This document shows positions 9,810-18,104 of a stretch of DNA of 64,000 bases, piece by piece. The notes beneath the pieces were generated by a model. That model worked only from the letters and a program-made list of their open reading frames with translations, was not told where the DNA came from and ran no database searches. Within the stretch, counting starts at the first letter, position 1, and every line of letters starts with the position of its first letter. Made by a program: the position numbers and the translations under genes. Source of the stretch: Lentisphaeria bacterium (GTDB taxonomy: Bacteria > Verrucomicrobiota > Lentisphaeria > Victivallales > Victivallaceae); NCBI GenBank assembly GCA_017508135.1, contig JAFVZN010000070.1, positions 1,122 to 65,121 of the forward strand. The letters run 5' to 3'.

Positions 9810-10445
9810 TCAGCACACCAGCGTTGCCAATGCGAAACCATCTTCCGTGGCGATCGCCGCGGCACTGGTGACCGGGTTTTCAAATCCGGCAAAGACACCG
9901 CCGTCAACGACATATTTCACGGCACAATTTTCGCACGCGGCATCAAAGTCGGTATCAACATTGGTATCGCAGGGAGCGTTGCACTCATAGGTGGAGATGT
10001 AACGCGCGACACCCGGTTCCATCTTGAATTCCCGGACCATCACCGCATCTTTGCGGACGATGCCGAGATAACCGAGTTTGGATTCACGACCGGCGACCGC
10101 GACCACACGCGGGGTGTCGAGAGAATCTTTTTCATAATCCATCGCCAGAAGGCACATGGTGATCGCATCGCGCACAGGCATTCCGGCGGCGATCTTTTCG
10201 GTGATGGGGTCAGTCTGGGAACCGTTGGTGGCGATCGCCCACTCTCCGGCTATACGCAGACAGTTGTAGCTGATATACGGATTCTTGGCGAGGTCGCCTT
10301 CGGCACCTTCACGGGGAATGATGGCGATATTGCCGTTATTTTCAACCGCGCGGCGGTTGGGGAAAGAACGGGATGAAACCCGGTACATGGCGCAGGGACG
10401 GCCATCTTTAGTCATTCCGAAAGCAACGATTCTTCCGATATACAT
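9810..10445 (-). CDS. purO: PurO-type (archaeal-type) IMP cyclohydrolase homologue
   Basis: 211 aa. It contains MYIGRIVAFG...YRVSSRSFPNR...NPYISYNC...NGSQTD...LLAMDYEKD, blocks I recognise as conserved in the PurO family (PF07826). GGAGG RBS. Confidence 0.8.
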   Translation of the reverse strand: MYIGRIVAFGMTKDGRPCAMYRVSSRSFPNRRAVENNGNIAIIPREGAEGDLAKNPYISYNCLRIAGEWAIATNGSQTDPITEKIAAGMPVRDAITMCLLAMDYEKDSLDTPRVVAVAGRESKLGYLGIVRKDAVMVREFKMEPGVARYISTYECNAPCDTNVDTDFDAACENCAVKYVVDGGVFAGFENPVTSAAAIATEDGFALATLVC

Positions 10446-10490
10446 GATAAAATCCTCCGTATTTTAGGGTTATTGAGTCAATTGATACAA

Positions 10491-11042
10491 TTAAAAAAGA
10501 TTTTTCCGGCGGCGGCGCACCTCCTGTGTGGCACGCACCGAGAGCAGTGACAACTGTTCATCCTGCATCTCTTTGCTCATGGCAAGGAAAATTCCCATAA
10601 GTTTGTTTTCTGCGGTCGATAAACTGGAATACTCCGACGGCGCGGCACTGCTGCCGAGCGCAGAGGCAAAACCGGCTATGATCTCCTTCTTTTCCGATTC
10701 CGAAAAGATGGCGAACTCATCCAGCAATATTTTCTGTTCACTGAGCATCTCCACCAGTTCCGGGTGGCGGCGGTAGGCACTGCCGATACGCGGCGGCGGT
10801 TCCGGCATGGGTTCCGGACCTTCAAGGTAGGGCTTCAATGCGGGGTAGACCCGATCCCAGGTTTCTGCCCGGATGGTGCGCACCTTGCGGTCGAGATAAC
10901 GGCGCAGCAGCTCGATCTTCACACCGGAAAGCTGGGAAAGCTCTTCCAGCGAGAGTGCTTCGGCGTAACTGTCAAGTGCGCGGAAAAAATCATTATTCAG
11001 CTTGCGGACTTCGCGCCGTCCGTTTTTATCTGACTGCTCCAT
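10491..11042 (-). CDS. Hypothetical protein with N-terminal helix-turn-helix-like segment
   Basis: 183 aa. LSLEELSQLSGVKIELLRRYL resembles an HTH. The C-terminus is basic (RRRRKNLF). It is tightly packed between neighbouring genes. Confidence 0.6.
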   Translation of the reverse strand: MEQSDKNGRREVRKLNNDFFRALDSYAEALSLEELSQLSGVKIELLRRYLDRKVRTIRAETWDRVYPALKPYLEGPEPMPEPPPRIGSAYRRHPELVEMLSEQKILLDEFAIFSESEKKEIIAGFASALGSSAAPSEYSSLSTAENKLMGIFLAMSKEMQDEQLSLLSVRATQEVRRRRKNLF

Positions 11043-11048
11043 AACAAC

Positions 11049-12638
11049 TTACTCCTTATTCAATACATTGTTGTCCAGAAGTTCCGCCTGCTTTACCAAG
11101 TATTTGAACACATCCATTTTCCACCGGTGTACGGTAAAGAGGAAACTTATAACTCTCCGGCAATGGCCGGGATTTGACAAAGTAAACTGCCGCACCGTTC
11201 CGTCGGTATAAAGCACACACACCCGGTCGGGGTGGGTCCCGCAATCCAGGAGAAGCGGAATATTTTTCTCTTTTGCCAACGCTTTATTGTATCCGAGATA
11301 GAGATATTTTCCATCTTCGGGAAGGTTTTTCGCCGCAACTTTGATTTTGTTCCAACCGACAGCACCGGCTTCGGCCGGGAAAGTGCCGTTATTTTTGGCA
11401 CTGTGATTTTTCAACGCCGCAAAAATCAGCTTCATATTTTTGCGGCAATCCGGCTGAACCTGTTTGGGAACTGCCGCTTTTTTACGCGGTGCAGGGGCTT
11501 TTTTCTCCTGAACAGCGACCTTTTCAGGCATCAACAACCGCTTTTGCCAACGTTCAAGCAATATTTCAAACATCTCTCCGGAGAGATCCTTCCCGCTGTT
11601 CCGCACCAGCAGAATGCCATCATCCGTCCGGGTAAGTACCGAACTTTCCGGCAGAAACTCATCTCCGGCAACAGTTACTCCGGGACGGATATAGAAAAAT
11701 GCACATCCACTCTCCGGCAGATTTTTATTCCATTTGATAAACTCTTTATCATCCTTCAAACGCGGCACACCGGCAGCGGGAGAAAAGATTTTTTCGCCTG
11801 CGGCGGTATCGTAAAAAATGAGTTTTTTATCTTTATGGCACAGTACACCTTTGTCATTCGGCAGCACCACGCGCCGGGAATTCTTATCCACGATGCGATC
11901 CAGATATAACGCTTTGACAACAGCATCAAAGATTTCGCCATTTTCATCGGGAAAGGAGATGGAGAAAGCTCCATCTTCCGGGCCGTACCCCGCTTTCCGG
12001 GAGAACGCAAGCATCGCCCAGCCGTTAGCCTGGTTGAGTACGGAGAGATCGACATTCTTCGGCAGTGCGATCTGAGAAATGAACTGCTGACCGACATCTC
12101 CGGTGGCAATGATCGCATCCAGCACCGCTTTGAGTGAAATATTGACGGCAAGCACCCACTGCACCGATGCGGGCAGTTCGCCGATGACGGCATTGCGCGC
12201 CGCGCTCTCTTTCTGCACAAGAGAGTTCAATAATCCGCTGCTTGCCGGAGGTATGGCGGCAAATACCCGGCTGCGGTAAAAATCAGGAGCAACTTTGACC
12301 GAACTTGCCCCGGCTCCCTGCAAATCGCGGAGTCCGGAAATCTCCCAAAGCAACCGGAAAAGCACCAGATTGCGCTGCATCTCCGCTTTCCGTGCAGCAG
12401 AGAGTTTGAAAGCCGACAATCTCTGTTCAAATTTGAGCGCACTGCGATCCAACACGCGGAAAACGCTCTCACTGTTCCACACCACATAATTGCTGCCGCC
12501 CGCTTCAAGATGCGATGAAATCAGATCAAAACGGACGGAATCAGCATTTTTACGCGCACACCCGGTGAACAGTGCCACTGCCAGCAACAGCACTGCGGAA
12601 AAACTTTTTCTCCAAAAATCCGGATATGCGCGTTTCAT
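11049..12638 (-). CDS. Lipoprotein of unknown function with C-terminal pseudopilin-like (DUF1559 / H-X9-DG) module
   Basis: 529 aa. Lipobox LLAVALFTGCARK. The C-terminal segment reads CRKNMKLIFAALKNHSAKNNGTFP...GTHPDRVCVLYTDGTVRQF, which fits H-X9-DG exactly. Confidence 0.7.
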   Translation of the reverse strand: MKRAYPDFWRKSFSAVLLLAVALFTGCARKNADSVRFDLISSHLEAGGSNYVVWNSESVFRVLDRSALKFEQRLSAFKLSAARKAEMQRNLVLFRLLWEISGLRDLQGAGASSVKVAPDFYRSRVFAAIPPASSGLLNSLVQKESAARNAVIGELPASVQWVLAVNISLKAVLDAIIATGDVGQQFISQIALPKNVDLSVLNQANGWAMLAFSRKAGYGPEDGAFSISFPDENGEIFDAVVKALYLDRIVDKNSRRVVLPNDKGVLCHKDKKLIFYDTAAGEKIFSPAAGVPRLKDDKEFIKWNKNLPESGCAFFYIRPGVTVAGDEFLPESSVLTRTDDGILLVRNSGKDLSGEMFEILLERWQKRLLMPEKVAVQEKKAPAPRKKAAVPKQVQPDCRKNMKLIFAALKNHSAKNNGTFPAEAGAVGWNKIKVAAKNLPEDGKYLYLGYNKALAKEKNIPLLLDCGTHPDRVCVLYTDGTVRQFTLSNPGHCRRVISFLFTVHRWKMDVFKYLVKQAELLDNNVLNKE

Positions 12639-12649
12639 ATTTGCCTGTA

Positions 12650-13654
12650 TTAAAGCAATTCAGCGATCTGCACCGCATTGAGCGCAGCCCCCTTGAGGAG
12701 CTGGTCGCCGGAAACAAACATTTCGATACCGCGTTTGTCGTTACGGGAGATATCCTGACGGATACGACCGGCAAGTACATCATACTTTTCAGTGGCATCG
12801 ACGGGCATCGGATAACGCTTGGCTTCCGGATCATCGACCACGGTCACGCCGGGAGCGGCTTCCAGAATGGCGCGAACCTCTTCCGGAGTGATCTCATCTT
12901 CAAACTCCATGTTCAAAGATTCGGAGTGGGCGCGCAGTGCCGGAATACGGACACTGGTGCAGCTGAGCATCAGATCCGGAATGTGCAGCATCTTGCGGGA
13001 TTCGTTGACCATCTTCAACTCCTCTTTGGTGTAGCCGTTGGCACAGAAGGAGTCGATGTGGGGAATCAAGTTGAAAGCGATGCGATGGGCAAACGCTTTG
13101 GGATCGATAGCTTCGCCGTTGAGGATCTGCCGGGTCTGTTCGATCAGTTCCTGCATACCTTTGGCACCGGCACCGCTGGCTGCCTGATAGGTGGAAGCGA
13201 CCAGACGGCGGAGTTTTTTGGCGCGATGCAGCGGAGCGACAGCGACCAGCATGATCGCGGTGGTGCAGTTGGGGTTGGCGATAACGCCGTTGTGTCCGGC
13301 GACATCTTCGGGGTTGACTTCGGGCACGACCAGCGGAACATCATCCTCCATGCGGAAGGCACTGGAGTTATCGACCATCACCGCGCCGGAATCGACCACG
13401 ATCTGACGGTAGGCACGGGAAATATCGCCGCCGGCAGAAAAGAGAGCGATGTCAACTCCTTTGAAAGAGTTTTCAGTCATCTCTTCAATAACCAGCTTTT
13501 CACCGCGGAACTCCATAGTTTTACCGGCGGAACGGGCAGAAGCCAGAAGTTTAAGATTTTTCACCGGAAAATTACGTTTTTCCAGCGTTTTGACCATTTC
13601 GACGCCGACTGCACCAGTGGCACCGGCAACAGCAACAGTGTAGCTTTTTGACAT
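12650..13654 (-). CDS. asd: Aspartate-semialdehyde dehydrogenase
   Basis: 334 aa with VAVAGATGAVG, the active-site region IANPNCTT, and a typical overall length. Confidence 0.95.
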   Translation of the reverse strand: MSKSYTVAVAGATGAVGVEMVKTLEKRNFPVKNLKLLASARSAGKTMEFRGEKLVIEEMTENSFKGVDIALFSAGGDISRAYRQIVVDSGAVMVDNSSAFRMEDDVPLVVPEVNPEDVAGHNGVIANPNCTTAIMLVAVAPLHRAKKLRRLVASTYQAASGAGAKGMQELIEQTRQILNGEAIDPKAFAHRIAFNLIPHIDSFCANGYTKEELKMVNESRKMLHIPDLMLSCTSVRIPALRAHSESLNMEFEDEITPEEVRAILEAAPGVTVVDDPEAKRYPMPVDATEKYDVLAGRIRQDISRNDKRGIEMFVSGDQLLKGAALNAVQIAELL

Positions 13655-13732
13655 ACTCTTTTTTCTCTTTCTTTGACGATTACGGATAAATTTTTCTACC
13701 GTTTTTGCTCAAAAGCGCATTAATAGCTTTAT

Positions 13733-13761
13733 AATATAGTTCTCTTGGTTGAAAAATTCAA
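13733..13761 (-). promoter_or_regulatory. Putative sigma70-type promoter for asd
   Basis: The minus strand reads TTGAAT, 17-nt spacer, TATATT. It lies 79 nt upstream of the asd ATG and interdigitates with the ligA promoter. Confidence 0.4.
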
Positions 13762-13777
13762 TCTCAAGAGTTATATT
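13749..13777 (+). promoter_or_regulatory. Putative sigma70-type promoter for ligA
   Basis: TTGAAA (13749-13754), 17-nt spacer, TATATT (13772-13777). It lies 42 nt upstream of the ATG at 13819. Confidence 0.5.
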
Positions 13778-13818
13778 TCAAGGCAAAATATTTCAACAAA
13801 TTTAAAGGAGTCCCATCC

Positions 13819-15708
13819 ATGACCGCTTTTGAACCGGAAAAAATGACGATCTCTCAACTTGAAGAGCAGATAAAATATCACGATCAGCGTTACTGGGATG
13901 CCAATGCCCCGGAGATAAGCGATGCCGATTACGACCGGCTGGTCGAAGCTCTGCGAAAACTTGACCCCGGTCACGAACTGGTGAACCTTGTCCACGCAGT
14001 CACAGTGGAAAGTTCCGGAAAAGTCCGCCACGCCGAACCCATGCTCTCTCTGGACAAGGCCTACTCTCTGGAAGCTGTTCTGGAATGGGCAAACAAATAT
14101 GCCCGCTCCCCCCGGGAAATCCTGCTGGTCGAACCCAAGTACGACGGCATCTCCGCCGGTTTCGATGGAACCATCCTCGCCACCCGGGGCGACGGCGACA
14201 CCGGAGAAAACATCTCCGACAAGCTCCCGCTGATCGAACTGGAAGCCCCCGGCTACACCGGAAAAGTCGACCGCCCCGCCCGGGGGGAGATCATCATCCG
14301 GAACGACGACTTCAAAAACCTCTACTCCTCCATCACCAAAAAAGGCGGCGGCACTTACAAAAATTCCCGCAACGCCGTCGCCGGTATCATGGGGTTGAAA
14401 GATATCTCCGGAATGCTCATCCAGAAAGCCAAACTCACTCTGGTCGATTACCGGCTTATCTCCACGCAAGTCACCCTTGAGGAACTTCCGCGCCGCTGGG
14501 AGGAGTTGAAGCTGGAGCTTGCGGAACTGCCCTACCCGATGGACGGTATCGTTTTGAAGTTCGCCGATGAAGAGTTCCGCCGGAGCCTGGGCTCCACCGC
14601 CCATCATCCCCGGGGGGAGATCGCCTACAAGTTCACAAATTTGAAGTGCCGGACAACTCTGGTCGGCATCGAATGGAGCTTCGGCAAAAACTGCCTCACT
14701 CCGGTAGCGCAGCTGGAACCGGTCGACCTCTCCGGCATCACCATCAAACGGGCTTCTCTGCACAACGCACAGAATATCGAAGATATGCAGATAATGATCG
14801 GTGATACCGTAACTGTTGAACGCGCCGGTGATGTCATACCTTATATCAGTGCCAGTTCCCCCGGCTTGTTCCGCTCCTCCCCGTGGATAACCAAGTGCCC
14901 ATCCTGCGGCACCGCACTGAGCCGGCGCGGACCGGAGCTGTGCTGTACCAACAGAGATTGCCCGGAAACGGTACTCTTCAACCTCCTTGCCGCCGTCCGG
15001 AACTTCGGCATTGAACGGCTGGGGGAACCGACCCTGCGGAAACTCATGGAAAAGTTCCACATCACCAAACTCCACGAAATATTGACGTTGACCGCAGATG
15101 ACCTTATGCAAATAGAAGGCTTCAAAGAGCGCAGTGCCGGCAACCTTGCCAGAGAGATATCAAAGAGCAGACAGGCTCCGGAGGCAAACATCATCGCCGC
15201 CTTGAACATCCCCAATGTCGGCATAAACATCGCCGCACTTCTGCTGGAAAACTATTCCATATCCGAACTGCGCGCCCTTGATGAGGATACCCTTTCCGCC
15301 ATTCCCGGCATCGGTCCGGAACGTGCCGGAGCCATCGTGGAGAGCTTCGCGTCCGGCGGAGAGGATATCGACCGTCTGCTGGCAGTGACCACTCCGCTCC
15401 GGCAGCAGAACAGTTCCGGCGATGCTCCGACGATATGCTTTACCGGAAAGATGCCCGAAAAACGCTCCTTTTATGAAAATCTCGCCAAATCCCGCGGTAT
15501 GCGCCCGGTGGATACCGTATCTTCAACGTTGTCTTACCTTGTCGCCGCCGACCCGGCGTCCGGCAGTTCCAAGCTGAAAGCCGCCGCAAAATTCAACGTC
15601 ACCATCCTCTCTCTGGATGAATTTCTCTCCGGTGAAACGCCGGAACTTCCGCCGGAAGAAAAACCGGAGGAGCCCAACGCCGCCTGGGAGCGGGGTGAAC
15701 TTTTCTGA
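13819..15708 (+). CDS. ligA: NAD-dependent DNA ligase
   Basis: 629 aa. It has the adenylation motif VEPKYDGIS, TRGDGDTGENIS, the Zn finger CPSCGTALSRRGPELCCTNRDCPE, HhH repeats and a C-terminal BRCT-like region. Confidence 0.95.
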   Translation: MTAFEPEKMTISQLEEQIKYHDQRYWDANAPEISDADYDRLVEALRKLDPGHELVNLVHAVTVESSGKVRHAEPMLSLDKAYSLEAVLEWANKYARSPREILLVEPKYDGISAGFDGTILATRGDGDTGENISDKLPLIELEAPGYTGKVDRPARGEIIIRNDDFKNLYSSITKKGGGTYKNSRNAVAGIMGLKDISGMLIQKAKLTLVDYRLISTQVTLEELPRRWEELKLELAELPYPMDGIVLKFADEEFRRSLGSTAHHPRGEIAYKFTNLKCRTTLVGIEWSFGKNCLTPVAQLEPVDLSGITIKRASLHNAQNIEDMQIMIGDTVTVERAGDVIPYISASSPGLFRSSPWITKCPSCGTALSRRGPELCCTNRDCPETVLFNLLAAVRNFGIERLGEPTLRKLMEKFHITKLHEILTLTADDLMQIEGFKERSAGNLAREISKSRQAPEANIIAALNIPNVGINIAALLLENYSISELRALDEDTLSAIPGIGPERAGAIVESFASGGEDIDRLLAVTTPLRQQNSSGDAPTICFTGKMPEKRSFYENLAKSRGMRPVDTVSSTLSYLVAADPASGSSKLKAAAKFNVTILSLDEFLSGETPELPPEEKPEEPNAAWERGELF

Positions 15709-15718
15709 TACAGTGCTA

Positions 15719-15747
15719 TTGAAAAAGAGTGATTCCGGTGTTATATT
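15719..15747 (+). promoter_or_regulatory. Putative sigma70-type promoter for the aas-like gene
   Basis: TTGAAA (15719-15724), 17-nt spacer, TATATT (15742-15747). It lies 58 nt upstream of the ATG at 15805. Confidence 0.5.
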
Positions 15748-15804
15748 ATGGAAACGTTATCTTTCAGTGAAAAATAATTTTAAACAATTTTCAAGGAGTT
15801 ATAT

Positions 15805-18084
15805 ATGATCCAATGGTTGTCTGAAAACTGGCTGTACATCGTTTATGCGGTGCTGGCACTTGCTGTTCTCTGGGTACTGCTCAGCCCGAAACAGATGCTC
15901 AAAGCCGTCGGCTGGCTTCTGCGTATGTTCATGCTGCGTGTCCGTATCAACGGCACAGCCAACATTCCCTATTCCGGTCCGGTACTGCTGGTGTCGAACC
16001 ATATTTCGCTGCTCGATCTGATCATGATCCAGGCGATCGCCCGGAGAAAAGTGCGTTTCATGGTCCATACCAGTCTGGTAAGTTTTCTTCCGATCCGCTG
16101 GATATTCCGTTACCTCGGAGTGATGGAGGTTCCCAATATCCGCCGTCCCAAAGCGATGACCAGATTCTTTGAAGAGTCCAAAAGACGTTTGCGTAAAGGT
16201 GAAATACTCTGCTTCTTCCCGGAAGGTGCCATCTCCGGCAACGGCAGTCTGATGCGTTTCCGTTCCGGTGTTTCGCCGCTGCTTCCGCCGGAACTTGACG
16301 TTCCGATCATCCCCATCCGTCTGGGCATGGTCTCCGGCAGAATGTCCGGCATCCATGACGGCAAGCTCCATCTGCGCACCCCGCTGAGCTGGCCGGTCGA
16401 CTACTCCATTCTGGTCGGAGCCCCCATCTCCGCCAAACTCTCCGCTTTTGAACTGCGCCAGACCATCTCCAAACTGGGCGCAATCGCCGAAAAACAGATC
16501 CAGCCCGGAGAACGTCCGCTGCACACCAATTTCGTGTTCAACGCCAAGCGTCACCCGTTGAAAACCACCTTCGCCGATGGTGCCACCGGCGATATGATCA
16601 ACAACTTCAACACCCTCGTCCGGGTCATCATCTTCTCCCGGCTGCTCCGGAAACTCAACACCGGTGACAACACCCAGTACACCGGTGTCCTGCTTCCCAA
16701 TATGCCGATCTCGGCGGTTGCCCTGCTGGCGGTGATGTGTTCCGACCGCACCCCGGCGATGATAAACTTCTCCAGCGGTCAGGAGGTGGCTCTTGCCGCC
16801 GCCCGCCGCGCCGGTATCAAAAAGATACTTACCAGCCGGAGATTTCTGGAGAAACTCAAATGGGAAGTTTCTCCGGAGATGGTATTCCTCGAAGATCTGG
16901 TTCCCATGATCAAAAAATCTGACAAGATCAAAGCTCTTCTGATGGCGATCTTCCTCCCCGGACGCACCATCGTCCGCAACCTCGCCCCCTCCAGCTGCCA
17001 CAATATGCACAATCAGGCGGTACTGCTCTTCTCCAGCGGTTCCACCGGACAGCCCAAGGCGGTCATGCTCACCCACCACAACCTGACCTGCAACACGCTC
17101 TCCTTCGTCCGTGTCGTCGACCTGGCGCGCAGCACTGACCGCATCGCCGGAAATCTGCCGATGTTCCACGCTTACGGATTCATGGTCGGCTTCGCTTTCC
17201 CGGCGATCTTCGGCACGATGTCGGCACTTATCCCCAACCCGCTGGATGCGGCGATGCTGGTGAAATCGGTGCGAGAATTCAAACTTACCATCCTCACCGC
17301 CACCCCGACCTTCCTCCAGAAGTATATGATGAAAGCCACCGGAGAGGATTTCAAGACCCTCCGTCTGGTCATCACCGGCGCAGAAAAGCTCCGTCCGGAA
17401 CTCGCCGTGAAGTTCAACGAAATGACCGGCAGAGACGTCATCGAAGGTTACGGCTGTACCGAATTGTCCCCCATCGCCACCATCAACTTGAGCAACTCCA
17501 TCTACACCCTCGGCAAAAAAGCTGACCATCCGGGCAGTATCGGCTGTCCGCTTCCGGGTATCCACATCCGTATCGTTGACCCCGATACCGGCGTGGAACT
17601 TGCTCCGGGGCAGAGCGGCAGGATGCAGGTCATGGCAGGTTCCGTGATGAAAGGTTATCTCAACGACGAAGAACTCACCGCCCGCGTGCTTCAGGACGGT
17701 TACTACGATACCGGCGACATCGCCAAAATGGACCTTGACGGCTACGTCTATATCACCGGACGCGCCAGCCGTTTCAGCAAGATCGGCGGAGAAATGGTTC
17801 CGCACGAAGGCGTGGAAGAGGCCATCTCCCGCATCCGCAACCGCGAAGTCCGGGAAATTGCCGTCGCCGGACGCGGTGACAGCCGCAAAGGTGAACGTCT
17901 GGTGGTATTCTACACCGCAGATGACTTTGACATCCCGGCGGTCATTGATGCCATGCGCAAAGAGGGTATGCCCAACATCTGGATACCCAAAGCTGATGAC
18001 TTCATCCGCATCGACGAACTGCCGCTTCTGGGCAGCGGCAAACTTGACTTGGTAAAACTCCGCGCCCTTGCGGATAAACTTTAA
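15805..18084 (+). CDS. aas: Bifunctional lysophospholipid acyltransferase / acyl-ACP (AMP-forming) synthetase, Aas-like
   Basis: 759 aa. The N-terminal part is PlsC-type with the HX4D motif (SNHISLLD). The C-terminal part is an adenylate-forming domain (LLFSSGSTGQPKAVMLTHHNL, YGCTE). This is the same architecture as E. coli Aas. Confidence 0.85.
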   Translation: MIQWLSENWLYIVYAVLALAVLWVLLSPKQMLKAVGWLLRMFMLRVRINGTANIPYSGPVLLVSNHISLLDLIMIQAIARRKVRFMVHTSLVSFLPIRWIFRYLGVMEVPNIRRPKAMTRFFEESKRRLRKGEILCFFPEGAISGNGSLMRFRSGVSPLLPPELDVPIIPIRLGMVSGRMSGIHDGKLHLRTPLSWPVDYSILVGAPISAKLSAFELRQTISKLGAIAEKQIQPGERPLHTNFVFNAKRHPLKTTFADGATGDMINNFNTLVRVIIFSRLLRKLNTGDNTQYTGVLLPNMPISAVALLAVMCSDRTPAMINFSSGQEVALAAARRAGIKKILTSRRFLEKLKWEVSPEMVFLEDLVPMIKKSDKIKALLMAIFLPGRTIVRNLAPSSCHNMHNQAVLLFSSGSTGQPKAVMLTHHNLTCNTLSFVRVVDLARSTDRIAGNLPMFHAYGFMVGFAFPAIFGTMSALIPNPLDAAMLVKSVREFKLTILTATPTFLQKYMMKATGEDFKTLRLVITGAEKLRPELAVKFNEMTGRDVIEGYGCTELSPIATINLSNSIYTLGKKADHPGSIGCPLPGIHIRIVDPDTGVELAPGQSGRMQVMAGSVMKGYLNDEELTARVLQDGYYDTGDIAKMDLDGYVYITGRASRFSKIGGEMVPHEGVEEAISRIRNREVREIAVAGRGDSRKGERLVVFYTADDFDIPAVIDAMRKEGMPNIWIPKADDFIRIDELPLLGSGKLDLVKLRALADKL

Positions 18085-18104
18085 TATTGAAGGGAAATAC
18101 CATC

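Noticed and set aside
8707-9990. 427-aa ORF antisense to polB/purO
   Set aside because: It spans two real genes on the opposite strand that carry unmistakable family motifs. Its composition is shadow-like.
7786-10445. polB as cargo of a pipolin, casposon, prophage or plasmid-derived island
   Set aside because: No integrase, Cas1, terminal repeats, tRNA target or phage genes are present within 10 kb on either side. The gene is translationally coupled to an M20 hydrolase and embedded between asd and ligA. Composition looks like the neighbours by eye. This cannot be fully excluded without comparative data.
13771-15111. 446-aa ORF antisense to ligA
   Set aside because: Same shadow-ORF composition. 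ligA on the plus strand has the KxDG adenylation motif, Zn finger and BRCT region.
15799-17805. 668-aa ORF antisense to the aas-like gene
   Set aside because: This is a shadow ORF. It is rich in Gly/Asp/His/Val/Arg with no recognisable motif. The opposite strand encodes a protein with clear HX4D and AMP-binding motifs. Long stop-free antisense frames are expected at this GC content and codon bias.
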